In this document: one piece after another, positions 1-14,720 of the stretch
How positions within the stretch are numbered: position 1 is the stretch's first letter
Layout of the letters: each line of letters opens with the position of its first letter
NCBI GenBank assembly: GCA_050084515.1
Contig: CM114271.1
Location: 34,906,001 to 34,970,000, forward strand
Reading direction: 5' to 3'
Length of the DNA: 64,000 bases
Source of the DNA: Blasia pusilla
Taxonomy: Eukaryota
Notes under the pieces: model-generated
Seen by the model: only the letters and a program-made list of their open reading frames with translations
Database searches by the model: none
What the model was told of the DNA's origin: nothing
Program-made: the position numbers and the translations under genes

Positions 1-524
1 ATAACTTTAAGGCATGTGCGGGGACACTTGGATATCTATAGTGGGCTCCAAAAAGGACTAGAGATGGAGCCACTAGGACGAGGGATGTAAAACCACTTCT
101 ACATATAGTGGCTGTAAAGAGTAGTACTTATTATGGTATGACAAGTTACTTGAGGTAGAAGTATCCTTTCTTATTATAGAGCTTCTTTAGTGGATGTTAG
201 TTTGAGACATGCGTAAAAATTGTATGATTGCATGGAGAGGAAATGAACATAATGGAAGATAAATTCCTATAAATATTAATCTTAAAGAATTTTTTGAATG
301 TGGTAGGTGAAGTATTCAATGCCAAGTATAAGGAGGCCTTATGTTAGATAGGAAAATTGGCCATAAAAGTTGTTGGTGTGCAATTTTGATTTTTTTTGGC
401 CTTTTATGGGGAATTAAGTTTCTTTTATGTTGTGTTGTAGCATCCAAAACTTGGAGAATCCTTGATGCATTTGTGTAGTTCTATCTATACGGGTGACTTG
501 AGTTTTAGAGTGTGCAGATAAAGA

Positions 525-887
525 TGTCTCGACTTTTCTAGTAGATCGAAAAGGATCCATAGGTTACTTTGGAGGAGGTCGGAGGTCAGCCTTTGGAGGT
601 AGAGGATGGACTATTGAGAACAAGGGTAATCTTAGAGAGCAAGTTTTCCCTTTTTTTGGCCTATTCAGATCCATATTGAAATATCTATTTTTTGGTTAAA
701 TTCCACTTAGGAGCATAGTCAAATTTCTATTTCTGAAAGTGGCCCTTGACCCGGCCCCTATTGTTGATCAAATACCAAGGAGGTAACTTGCGAGCACATG
801 TTACAAAGGAGAGAGGGAAGGGCAGAGGGTAGTGGTATATCCAAGGAGAGTGAGTTCTAGAGCTCATTCATTCTTTGTTCAACCTCT
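525..887 (+). repeat. Degenerate partial copy of terminal repeat A of the DNMT/PHD Gypsy family
   Basis: Begins tgtctcgacttttctagtagatc (consensus tgtcacgtcttttaggatagatc) and follows A as far as gagctcattcattctttgttcaacctct. Abuts an inverted copy. Confidence 0.7.
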
Positions 888-1500
888 CCCAAGGCTCCCT
901 CCTTGACTCTCGGTCAATAGTAGAAGGTCAAGGGTCACTTTCAAAAATATGAATTCAAATATGCTTATAATAGGAATTTACTTAAAATAGTGAGCTCCTT
1001 GGTATGACTGTGAATGACCCTGAACAAGGGGAAACTTGCTCTCTCAGGTTATCCTCGACCACTTGAGGCTATCCTCCAACCTCCTCGAAGACAAATCAGG
1101 GATTCTTGTCACTTTGCTATAAAAGATATGACAACTATCATGTGCATACAAATCGGTATCATCAAACATAAACAGATAGACACAAAATACCATACTGACT
1201 CGTGACATCTAAATACAAAGACAATTGTATGTGTACCAAAATATCTCTTAACGTCCCTCTCGTGAGTGGTTATATATCTCTACCTCCAGATTGTCATCTA
1301 TCCCTACCTACCATGATGACACTAAGAGCAAAAAGGTTGGGTGCTCACGCGGCCCCATCATTGATTGTTTTCTTTTCATACATGTTACTAATATTAGTCT
1401 AGATCTATGACTACCTTGTATCTACTTTGTGTACATCTCGTGCACATCTATCGATCATCCCTGAGGAACCCTAGCTAGAGGTGGTATCAAACATGCTATG
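888..1500 (-). mobile_element. 3' end of an old DNMT/PHD Gypsy copy: PHD C-terminus, 3' UTR, B, spacer, partial A
   Basis: Minus strand gives HIACLIPPLARVPQG at ~1455-1500. The 3' UTR matches 13890-14060. B lies at ~1136-1250 and the B|A junction at 1131-1140. Confidence 0.75.
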
Positions 1501-2182
1501 TGCTACCCCCTCTTGGACATTCATTATAGATCAATTTTAGCAAACAGCTTGGACAAGCAAAAAATGGAAAACGCCCTTGCCCAATTTGGGAGGTGGGTCG
1601 AGTCTTTTCTCGTACACTATCAGCGGACTATTTTCAATAAATTCAATGGTTGGTTTAGAAAGCTGAGAAGAAATACACTACTAGGTTTCTAGTTAAATGT
1701 CATTTTAGGGAGTTTTAGCTCTAGTGGCCAACTGTGAATGACAAAACCAAGGGTTCACAAGGCGGGAAAATCAAACAATAGGCAAGAATTGGCGCCTTTA
1801 ATTGCCACAACCATTCCAATAACTTATAGAGAAATTACTCTTGAGGTTGGAAAAATACCACCAAATAGCAATAGTCGTTGAAAGATAGGGGACAATAATA
1901 GATAATGTGGCTACTATTGAGAAGATCTACAAAAGTCATTAGGTCAATCCAACTACAATTTTGCTTGGAACAAAATGCTTCATCTACCCTAAAGCTGATC
2001 CAGACAATAGGAGCTATATGATAAGGGAGATTGACCAACTTCACATAGAGAATGTCCATACATTTCTTCTTGAAAATCCTTATACCCTCAAAGAGACATT
2101 TTGTGTTATGGTTGATATAGTTTATTTGTGCTTCGAGGAAAAAAACAATGAGATCTCTCCGAAGCTCTCACATTCAAGTATC

Positions 2183-2701
2183 TATCACGTCTTTTAGGAT
2201 AGATCATTGAGATCTAGTAGAGGCCTTTGTGAGTAGTGGAGAACAGGCTCAATAGGTTGAAGATGACATGTTGAGGCCTCACGAAACCTGAGAGAGCAGT
2301 TTTCCCCTTCGTTTCGGCTCATTTGGAGCCATATTGAGGAGCTTACTATTTTAGGTAAGTACCATTTTGAGTATATGATCAACTTTATATTTTTGGTAAG
2401 TGGACCTTGACCTCCTACATCAGGTCAAGAACCAAAGAGGTGACTTGGGAGCATAGGTTACCATGGAGAGAGCTTGGGAGAGGGGAGGGGTATACCTCAA
2501 GGAGAGAGAGCTTGAGAGCTCATTCTGTCTTTGTTGAACCTCTTGGCATTAGGCGGCGGAGCTATGGTCTTGATTGCCTTGTGTGTGTAACCCAAGCCTC
2601 TCATTAGGAGAGTGGGTTTGGTTTGACATTGAGAGAGACATGTGAGAGTGCACACATGTGAGCACTATGGTGTTGTGAGAGAGATTGGATCTTATTTTAC
2701 A
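2183..2701 (+). repeat. Terminal repeat A alone (5' end of element), followed by a putative self-priming site and leader
   Basis: Runs tatcacgtcttttaggatag ... gatcttattttaca and aligns with the A part of 12451-12968 and of the solo copy at 41494-42129. It is not followed by B. Confidence 0.85.
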
Positions 2702-5700
2702 AAGAGAGAATGAGTGAGTGAGAGAGCTTCATGGGGAGCTCCCTGGTTGCTCGATGTTTGGTGCAGTTGGGGGACTGTCTTCCCCGCTTCATGGCTCATG
2801 GGAGTGCTCAACGGAGCAAGAGCCGTGCGAGTTTGCTGTTTTGCTTTGCTGATTTTTTGTACGGGAGAGTGGCACGCGGTAGCACTACCCAATTTTCGAT
2901 AGGAATTGAGTATGGGGGAGGATTGCTCCATGTCGGTGCTCTTGTTTCTACCAATCCATCAAATCTTTCTTTGTGAAAGTTGGGAAAAGTGGGTGTCTAG
3001 ATTAATCCACTACATTGGATGGTAGTGTTGTGAATAAAAACCCTTACTTAAAAATGCCAGAAGATTCAAAGCCATACACACCCGCCATCCACTTTGCTAG
3101 TTCTTGTCATTCAAGCAAGCTAGATCCTGTGGACGCCCACCTAACTTCAACAGTCACTCTTCATATTCACACAAGCTTCCACATTGTTTGTTCTAGATTT
3201 TATGAGATTGATATTGTTGGGTTGAATTTACCTTACATTTTGCGTTAGGGTGTCTTTGATAATCCAGAAGTGATATTTTTTTGGTGATCTTGTATTTTCC
3301 TCATCAAGCTTTCATGTTGATTTGTAGACTTTCTACATGCGCACCATTCTCAGCTTCTTGGTCTACTTATGACAACTCGATTAGGTTTTGTTTCTACCGT
3401 ACGTACTCTATTTCATGATATTCTCGATTACTTTTCTATTTTTTTTCAATATTGTGCACTTACATTTGCTTCCCCCATATCATGTATTTTGCATCTAAAA
3501 CTAGGTTAGTGACAAATAAAAGAACAACAAGTAATTTCCCATAACACCATTTATTGTTGTATGTTATAGAATTATGGATCTCTTTATAGAATGATTGAGT
3601 ATATCTACAAGCCTACCATCACCATGGTTATGTGGACTTCGCTCTTTGCATTTCTTTATCCACACTTCCATCTTCAAGTTACTCACCCTCACTATTGATA
3701 CTAATTAGCATGGAATTCGGTTAGTCTGCCCTTCCTTGCAAACCAAAATGATTTTTAATAACTTAAAAAAATATATTTTTCATTTAAAAATGTAAATATA
3801 ATTTCAACTTGAAATTCTTAAATTTTAAAAGAGTAATAAAATTTCATTTAAAAATAATTTCATTCCTCAATGAAAATTCAAATAATATCCAACTCCCCTG
3901 AATAATTTCATCATTGCATAAAATTTCAAACAATACATACTATTCCCCTTCCACTTCTCTCACCAAAATAACATCAACTAACTAAATCATTAGTTAATTT
4001 TAATTAATAAAGTGATTTCCATTTTCCATTCAAATTAAAATTTCTTTCCCAAAATATCAATTTTGACTTAAAAAAACTATATACATATATTTTAAATAGT
4101 AATCAGATTTTTACTGCAACATTTAAATTACTTTTTTTATTTTCTTAAATTATATTAAAAGAGTAATAACATGATTCCACTCTTTTAAAGAATTCCACAC
4201 CATAATTAGAATTTAAATAATACCCCACTCCCCTTAATAATTTCACAATTCCATAAATTTAAAAATAAAAATTCACTAATAAATTTTAGTCCATCAAATA
4301 TCTCGTTTTTTCCGTTAAATTTTATTTCTTTTATCGTCAATTTGATTCAGAATTAAAAAGTAAGAGATCATTATTTATCTTTATTATTTCATTACTCATG
4401 TGTTTCTTCCATTCATTATTTCTTCACATCAAATACGGATGTACAATTTCAAATACCCATTTTAAATGTCTGATGTCCTCCGATGGGTCTCTTCGTTTCC
4501 GCCCGGCATCTCATGAGCGGGTCCCATCGACCCGCGCACCCTGCCCAGTTGCAACCGTAGGCCCGGTCGAAGAATGGCGTCGTTATTTTCCTCTTTTTCT
4601 TTGCCGGTTTAGGATGATAACCGGGAACGGGTAGAACCAGTAGCGCCTTGCTTTCTAGCGGCACGAATCCAGAAGTGACCCGGAACCTGAGTCCTCGGTG
4701 GCTTGGGAGAGCGGGCCGTGGACTCCGTTACAGCGGTACTGGTACATACAGTGCATGGATGGAAAGGTTACGTGCGTGCTAGGACAACGTTGGTGTTCAT
4801 TCACTCGAAGATTGCCGAACCGAATCTTGGTCACGCGAAGACCGACCTTCTTCCCGAGCGCGATTGTTTGCGAAGCGCGCGCAGATGATGGCGGCGAATC
4901 GTGCAGGACCATTTCGGTGGAGTGGCGATCCGGGTCGATCGGTCGGTGTGTCGATCGCCCGGGTGGAGTGGAGTGGCCGGTGGAAGTATGGAGGTTGCGA
5001 GCAGAGCGTCAGAAAGGCTGGCTTTCTTGAGCGAGCGTCATGGGGGCCGGTCAGTCGATTCAGACAACATGCCGAACGGAGGCGCCGGAGAGTGGTCGTT
5101 GAATACGTGTGTCATGGATGTTTCCGACTTGCGAAGAAGCGTTCAGGGCATGACTGTTCCACCCCTGCTTCCGCAATCTCATCTGTGATTTCCGCGAGCG
5201 GATTTGGGAGTGGTTGATGCATTCTTAACCACACGGTTCGTTTCGTTTAGGTGCTAGCGAGTCTCGCCTTTTAAGCACGAGCGCGAGTTCGTCCCACACC
5301 GCGCTTTGTTCTATGGGATGAATCGAGGAATCATATTTATATCGTTAGCATTTAGTGTGGAGTGAATTCCACGAGTACCGAGTTGGTCATAATCGATTTA
5401 ACGTACTGTGTGAATGTTGTAGTACCATGTGACCGGCATTCGCCATGGAAAGAGTGTCGAGCTTGAGAACAAGGAGAGTTATGGGGAGGTGCGTGTTTAA
5501 AGAAACGTGCATGCGCACTCGAACTTTCATGGAGTTCTAAGCATGCCATTGGAAGACAGCACCGACTACTTGGCTGTCACATGGGAGGCTGTGCTCTTCT
5601 CCCTGTATTACAAGGTTTCTCCTTGGTATGACCGACAGGCGAGGAAGACATTACGTTCTCCGTAGCATGATGCCCGGGTTCTTGACAGTGAAGCCCTTCC

Positions 5701-8700
5701 TGGTCGCCCGGGGCACCGAGGAGAGATACCACGAAATCCAATAACGACGCACGAATGCCAGCCCGGCGTTTCTGCGAGAGGGCACCGATACGTAAACATA
5801 TGACGCGGAGATGAGAGGTTCTAATACACCGGACCGCGACATGAATGCATGAGCCCTCATGCTCATATTTGCCCCTTGATTCGAGCTTTAGGAGGCCTTG
5901 AATCTGACCCTAAACCTTCATGGTTGCGTCCGAACGTTAAGTTTTCTTTTTCCTCCTGCAGCTGACTTTCTAGTTGTGAATTGACTTTTCCTCTATGCCT
6001 ACGAAATGGCCGGTGATCTAGCTCATACTGTCGAACTTTTATCACACATCTACTACAATTTTCATATCGAATGACGTCGCAACCACCGCTCCATGGATGA
6101 TGCTTATTGAAATTACGCTATTGAAGCGTCCACAACGGTGACGTCACGTTCAAAGCACCCCGTAAGAGTAGAGCACAATTTGGGATGCGAGAGAGTTCTG
6201 TGTGCGAAAATGTACAGATCTCGATAGCTAGAAAGTTCATGTATGGGATCGAAACCGGAAGGCTGAAGTGTCGCCACCGTCAAAGGGTCGTCATGTTATG
6301 TGGCAGGGACTTTAGGAGGTAATCCCGTGTCATTCACGAACAGTCCGAGAGTCATTCCAGATCTGGACTCGCACGTGGACTCCGGATTTGGGTGACCAGT
6401 GATGTCGGAGGATAAGAGAAAGTGAGGATTTAGGTCAGAAGTTTTGACGAGGATCCCGAAAGGTCTTGAAGGTGGAAATTGGATTGAGAAATTGGGAAAT
6501 CATCACGATATCCGGGATCAGATTCTGAAGCTGGAACTGGATCTCGTAAACTGGAAAATTGTCACGACCGAACAAGGAACGAGTGCAGTCTCCCATCGAA
6601 GGGGTGAGCAATGAACCAGCATAAGTTTCCATCACGAGAGAAAATGATCCGTGCTACAATGTGAGAGGCAAGTCAAAGCAGGTAACAAGGAAATGGACAA
6701 GCCTTCTTGACGCTGTCCAACATTTTATATGGATTTTTTGAGTGTTCTAGTCTTTATGGTAAGTTTCGTAAGTAGATCACGAGAGCGTTCATGGGGATCA
6801 CCACATAGCAAGATAGGTAAAGTCAAAACTTTAGCAAGCTGTAAAGACGTAAGATGGGAGTCACGATTGGTAGATGAGACGATAGGCATGTTCTCAATTC
6901 CAGGGGTTGGGTTAGAAAATGTTGGGGAACAACTTAGGAGGCAATGAGTTAGTACCAAGACGAATGATTGTTAAGGATTGAGCATCATATGTCGGTATGG
7001 GGTGAAAGAAATTTTAGACATGACCCATCCGCCACTAGGCTTCTCTCATATACAATCAAAAATGATAATGATTATTATTATTGGAAAGTGTCTCTTCATT
7101 TTAACAAAGGTCTTTTATAGCAATAGAGTCGCCCGTTATGTGAGCCAATAAGATTGGTCAAATTCAATTATACACATAGGATGGGTAATTCAAAATCAGA
7201 CATAGTGGGATCAAGGATATCATGAATCTATGTTTACACTATGGTCCTTTTACAACCCCTATAATTATATGAGAATGTGGGGGAGAGGTAATGAATGTTT
7301 CACACCAAGGCTTGGATTAGAGCAAGGCCAAGTCTTCTATTTGGATTTTTTTAAGGACATCAATTTATGGACTAGTTATGGTAACCATGAAGAATTCAAA
7401 TAGATAATAGCTTACTTCAAAATGTTCTAATCTATAATAGAAATTTTGTTGGCCAATTTACCATTTCATCAATCCAATTCAAATATTATTTCTAACTATT
7501 GGCAAGTGAAATTGATTTGGCCCAAAAAATATGGTAAATTTTAGTATTGTATAAATTCGTTACAAACAAAACAAGAAAATTAAAACTTTGGATTTTATAG
7601 AATCCAAGTTGGAATAAGCTCCTATGAGGTTATAGTTGATGTTAATTATGGTGGGACTCTAGTAATTTATCTTATAACTTCTTGCACTTATCTTATTGCC
7701 TTCCCATAATAGAAAACTAGTATAAGTTGTACAATTCACAGGTTTATATTATCTCTCATAATTAATTTTCATAATTTTTGAGTGCCATTTAAATCAATTT
7801 TGAGGTATCCTATTGGTTTAGAAGGTGAGCGATCTCATTGGCTTAAAGTGCCAGGTGTCAAGAGGAGAAGAGTCTGTAAAATAAAGGGACATCTCCAATA
7901 ATATGATGATTTTAAAACATATTTCCTCTTTGGAAAGAACTCCACAGTGATATGAAAGCGATATATATATATATATATGTCAATCAAAGACTTCTAAGAG
8001 TAAGGAATAAAATTTAAACCTACAAGGTTGAAATCATAATCCTAGAATGAAATTCCAAGGGTAGGGTTGATAATCTAAGTTATGGCTAATTTTTTTCTCT
8101 CTCATAGTGTTGTGGCTCTGTCGCTATTGCAATGTGGCTTCCGAGACTCGAAGAATTGCTCTAAATGTAGTAGTGTTTGATAGAACTTATCCCTTAGGCA
8201 TGTTCCATTGTATCTGGCATTAAGAGACTTTGGCCCAACTTATGACTCGATCACTTCTATCAACTAGTATAACTATTTTGAAATATATTCATTTGTGATA
8301 TCTCCATCTATTCTCAACGAGGGATAGATAATTGGAATCCATCTATTCTTCTTTGTACATTTATTCTCTTTATTTTAGGTCTTTTTGCTAACCTGATATT
8401 ATCTCTGTTTGTTTTTTCATCCATCATATTCTTCATTCAAAGTCTCCCATCCATAAGGCTAGCTTCTATCCTTTCCTATTCCATCCCATTCCCTGGATCT
8501 GATACTTTATTCATGCTCCATCAACTATTCTACCTATCCATTTTGTGGATACATCGAGTGGCACTACCTTCTATTATTTTGATCTTGTACTAAATTTTCT
8601 TGCCATGAACGCAACTATGAATTTCAAGTTTATCCCAATTCTCCATCCCTATCTATCCATGAAATGGGGCATCATGGATAGATAGGGATATGATCATGAT

Positions 8701-9130
8701 GGGGATTTCATGGGTTTGATCTTAGGTCCATATCTCAATCCATTTCACATTCATAAGTTCCATTATGGCTTATCCATAGAGAATCCAGATCCCAAATCCT
8801 TCCCGAGAATTCTTTGAGCATGAATCATAGGGACACAAAATAATATCCCATTATTTAACAATGTTGGGCATAGAATCATTATCATGATACTAATACTTTT
8901 ACAATCATACAATGCATTGAGTGAGAGGGACCGACCCTCTCTAGAGTGCAATCCTTCAAAGAGGATCCGTTTGTCTTTTTTCTCTAGTTCTCGTTTGGAT
9001 GTCCCCTCCTTGAGAGTCCTCATCTACGCTAGCCTTCCCTTTTCAAAGAATGGATAGCATGGGAGGAAGGTTCATATATTCCTCTTCTCATATCCTATCT
9101 CCCAACCATATCAAAATTTCATTCCATATT

Positions 9131-10415
<1,285 letters not shown>

Positions 10416-10619
10416 GTTGGTGATAAGGTCCCTCTAACTCAAGATATCCATCCATCCTTACCTACCATAACTTACATCTCTAGGAAGCTAAGAGCAAAAA
10501 GTTCAGATACTTATATGGCTTGATCGTTAGTCGCCTTCTTATCATCCATGTCACAAACAAAAGTATGAATCAGATTCTATGTCTATCCATTCTTTACTAT
10601 ATGTACATCTGAGGCATAT

Positions 10620-12278
10620 TCATTGTTCTTGAGAAAACTTACTGAAAGGTGGCGTCAGACATGCCATGTGCCACCCTCTCGAACATCCATCATAGACTAG
10701 CATAGTGGATGCAGCACGGGAAAAATCACACAACATACAACGCAAGTATGTAGAGACTATTGTTGAGCTTAGATAAAAAAATACCATCAATGTTAGGAAG
10801 GTGACATGACGCACAATGACATACAGGGTCCTTCCAAACCATACCATCCTTTCCCTCTAATAAGAGAACATCAAATGACAACACATCACACACTCTCAAG
10901 AAAAAATCCCCTACATTCACATCCAATGTCATAGGTGCCATTTATTGCAAGTAGATATTTTCTCCCTGATAAAACCTTTAGATCTTCGGTCGAAAATCAC
11001 CTCTCCAAATAATTGCATACTTCAAAGTATCCCGATGCTATGCAATCACCAATTGCAAGTTCTCAAACGCCATGGGCATAACGCTCCTAAAAAACTCAAC
11101 CCTATGAGAATATGCTCACATCTATACATCAGGGTCATCAAGATTCAACACCTCGCTAGTATCGCAACAAATAGCTATAGGTAAATTAGACTCTCGACCA
11201 TAAAGCAAAAAATACGGTGAGAAAAAAGCTAAGGGTACGATGTATGCTTGCTAAATCTATATCCCATCGCTAATCACAAAAATTGTAGGTCCCAATCTCC
11301 TAGGTGATCTCTTTGCAAGTCATACTTGCACAAATCTCTCTTCACCGTCAAAACAACTCTCTCAACTAGACTATCCGCCTCAAGATGATCTCGCGAAGTA
11401 GTGGGATAGTTTATCGACGCCCAATCACACAAGATCTAAAAACTCCCCAAAAAATTCCATACCCTGGTCTATCAACACCTTAGTTGGTCTGCCATAATGA
11501 CTCAACACTCAATCCAGGAAGATATATACTACTCCCTCACTCGCTTTGTCTGGCAATGCAGCCAACTCTATCCACTTTGAGAGGTGCTCGACCATCACCA
11601 ACACATAGAGACTATGATGCTAAGTCAAAGGTAAAGGTCCTACAAAATCCAGAATCCATCTATAGCCTAAATCCATGATCGATAGTGGATGGAACTATGG
11701 AGTAAGAGCATTGAATGAATTCCAGACTCGATCATGCACTATGTATCCAACAATAAATTGTTGAAAGTCAGTCTGCATGCCTCGACACCCATACTATATC
11801 TAGAACAAGTTGTACGTCTACTTCATTCCAAAGTGACCAAACTCCACATAGGCATGCTTCACCAAACATGCTCTCTGCGAAGGATGAGGCACTATGCGTA
11901 CTCTACCATCCTCCTAAACTCACAACATATGCATCCTCTTCCCACTGAAACCGTTTGGCTCGATGTAGCATCCAATCCCCCTCTCTAGCACCTACTATGC
12001 TCGTGATGCTACAAGTACGTAAGAGCGAAAAGAGTACTCCATCCTCCTGAATATCTCAACCACTTGTCATCTTCTCATCGGCCTCTAGATCTGAGGACTC
12101 TTTGTCGGTCCTCGCCATTCAAGTCCCAACACTCTCGCTCTACGTAGCCAACCATCCCAAACAGGTCGATGCGTGCTATCCCACACCATATCCTTATCAC
12201 TCTCTCCATACCAACGAGCACTAGTCACATCTCGTTGACTTGAGCATGGGTTACAGATGAACCCATTTGTATCCAGGT
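10620..12278 (-). pseudogene. Decayed Gypsy DDE integrase plus C-terminal PHD finger
   Basis: Minus strand across frameshifts: (N)LDTNGFICNP RNase H/IN linker, GHFGMK (HHCC), WILDFVGPLPLT, VLIDQGMEF, DSLVERVV, then LRCMLCDFSRAASTMLVYDGCSRGWHMACLTPP. Confidence 0.85.
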
Positions 12279-12323
12279 TGTCACGTCTTTTAGGATAGAT
12301 CGATGAGCTCTAGTAGAGCGCCT
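12279..12323 (+). repeat. First 45 bp of repeat A (left end of a younger nested copy)
   Basis: tgtcacgtcttttaggatagatcgatgagctctagtagagcgcct; left flank aggt (ACCT on the minus strand). Confidence 0.85.
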
Positions 12324-13053
12324 TGTCGTGCACATACACATCGCTACACAACATACATTGCTGTCACCAAACACACACAAAAACACGCACAATCCCATGC
12401 TAACTCATGGCATCCAAACAACGAGACAAGAAGTACCAAAATATCTCCAATAAAATAAGTTCAAATCTCTCTCACAACACTATAATTCTCACATGTGTAC
12501 ACTCTCACATGTTTCTCTCAATATCAAACCAAACCCACTCTCGTGATGAGAGGTTTGGGTTACACACACAAGGCAAGCAAGACCATAGCTCCTCAGCCTC
12601 ATGCCAAGAGGTTCAACAAAGAGAGAATGAGCTCTCAAGCTCTCTCTCCTTGAGGTATACCTCTCCTCTCCCCCAAGTTCTCTCCATGGTAACCTATGCT
12701 GCCAAGTCACCTCCTTGGCTCTTGACCTGATGTAGGAGGTCAAGGGTCACTTACCAAAAATATAACATCGATCGCATACTCAAAAGGATACTTACCTAAA
12801 ATAGTAAGTTCCTCAATATAGCTCCAAATGAGCCGAAACGAAGGGAAAACCTGCTCTCTCAAGTTTCTCGGGGCCTCAGCAGGTCATCCTCGATCTACTT
12901 AGTATGTCCACTGCTACTCACGAAGGGGCTCTACTAGATCTCACCGATCTATCCTAAGAGATGTGACAGTTGTCGTGCACCACGGGCAGAACCACACAAC
13001 ATACACCGCAAGTCTGTAGGAACTATTGCTAAGCTCAGATCAACTATATTGTC
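12324..13053 (-). mobile_element. Nested 3' end of a third copy: PHD fragment / deleted B1 / spacer / A2 / B2
   Basis: B 12324-12450, A 12451-12968, junction gtgaca-gt-tgtcgtgca 12963-12979. This is fused through a tgca microhomology to PHD-region sequence at 12980-13053. Confidence 0.85.
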
Positions 13054-13888
13054 AGAGTTCCGCGGGGAGTTTCAGGCCTTGCGTGATCAGACACTGATTG
13101 ACCACTACACTACTTCACGAGATCATCCTAAGGCGGATCGACTAGCGGAGCGGGTTGTGCAGACGGTGAAGAGATGACTACGCAAGTATGGCTTGCAGAG
13201 AGGTCACCTAGGAGATTGGGACCTCTAGTTGCCGTGGTTGGCGATGGGATACAGATTCACCAGGCACGCATCCTTAGCGTCTTTCTCACCATACTTGATT
13301 TTGTATGGCCGAGAGCCAGATTTACTTGCGGCTATTCGTTGAGATGTTGAACCTTGATGACCTTGATGTATGGATGCGAGCATGTTCTCAAAGGGCTGAA
13401 TTATTCCGGAGAGTAATGCCCATGACGTTTGAGAACGTGGCGATTGCGCAACATCGGGATATATTGAGGTATGCGACTATTCGGGGATGTGGTCATCGAC
13501 CTACTATCCGGAGGTTCCATCAAGGACACTATGCTTACATATAGCAGACGGCATCCACGACGTTGGATATGACTACCGGGCGTTCCATCTTGAGAGTGCG
13601 TGAGGTTTTACCATCAGGTGTTCTCTTATTGGAGGGACACGATGGTATGGTTGGAAAGACCATGTGCGTAACTATGCGCGGTGTCACCTTCCGAACATCG
13701 ACAATACAGTTTATCCGAGCTTAACAGTAATTCCTGCAGGCTTGCGATGTATGTTGTGTGGTTCTGCCCATGGTGCAGCCACTATGCTAGTCTGTGATGG
13801 ATGTTCGAGAGGATGGCATATGGCATGCTAGATGCCACCTCTCACTAGGATTCCTCAGGGAGGACGGATGTGTCCCAAATGTACATAG
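13054..13888 (+). pseudogene. Decayed Gypsy integrase C-terminal half plus PHD finger
   Basis: EFRGEF...HPKADRLAERVVQTVKR...FSPYLILYGREP, then CMLCGSAHGAATMLVCDGCSRGWHMAC*MPPLTRIPQGGRMCPKCT* (Cys4-His-Cys3). Confidence 0.9.
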
Positions 13889-14055
13889 AGTAGGTAGTTC
13901 TATATTCCGACTTGTGTATGTTACATGGATGACAAGAAGGCGACTAACGATGGGGCCACATGAGCATCCAACCTTCTTGCTCTTAGTGTCTGAGAGATGT
14001 ATGTCATGGTAGGTAAGGATAGATGGCTATCTGGAGTTAGAGGGATCTAACCATC

Positions 14056-14069
14056 AGGTAGGGGGGCGA
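14056..14069 (+). promoter_or_regulatory. Polypurine tract immediately 5' of repeat B
   Basis: aggtaggggggcga directly precedes ttggagatatttt. Equivalent degenerate tracts occur at ~10405 and ~1250 on the minus strand. Confidence 0.75.
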
Positions 14070-14197
14070 TTGGAGATATTTTGGTACTTCTTGTTTCGTT
14101 GTTTGGATGGCATGAGTTAGCATGGGATCGTGCCTGTTTGTGTATGTGTTCGGTGACAGCGATGTATGTTGTGTAAGCGATGTGTATGCGCATGATA
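14070..14197 (+). repeat. Terminal repeat B (B1)
   Basis: ttggagatattttggtac...gcgatgtgtatgcgcatgata is the reverse complement of 12324-12450; followed by AACT. Confidence 0.9.
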
Positions 14198-14720
14198 AAC
14201 TGTAGAGTTGGATCTAAAGAAGGTGGAAGCTAGGATTCAAAACATACCACACTTCCTAGTTTTTTACTTTGTCCGAGGCGATAATGATCCCATCTCAGTA
14301 CATGGATGTTAGTTGTGCGCAGGCATGACGGGAAATGGAAGAATTGAGTAGTTGATCCGGTGTTGAGTGTGTTGTTGGCATGGGGCCGACTACTGCTATA
14401 TAAGATGCCCCATAGTTTGCAATAGTTGCATTGGGAGGTACGTCCGCCAAGTTTTTTTGGCTGGTCGCTACGCTATGTGAGTGTGGAAATGGTATCACTG
14501 CCTCATGTTCCAAGGTGGTTGTAGAGGAGGTGGTGGACTTGCCTTTCGAGCCTATGCTCGGGTTGTCCATCTCAGATTCACGGCAAGTTGCAACTTCTAA
14601 GATTGCGGTGATGCCCACTAGACTCGTGAGAGAGCATGTCATGGTGTCTCCACAAGTTGTTTTGTTGGATAATTGGGGAGAGATCTTCCAATTGGTAAGC
14701 CTAGGAGGTAGGGAGTGTTA

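Noticed and set aside
1-520. Possible integrase relic; also a gag-like trace at 1500-2180 and a LINE-like trace at 6640-7040
   Set aside because: Too decayed to support by eye.
2407-2607. Recurrent small ORF MTSYIRSR..EVTWEHRLPW (also 12489, 48961)
   Set aside because: It lies inside repeat A, has a non-ATG start and variable ends; recurrence reflects the repeat, not coding.
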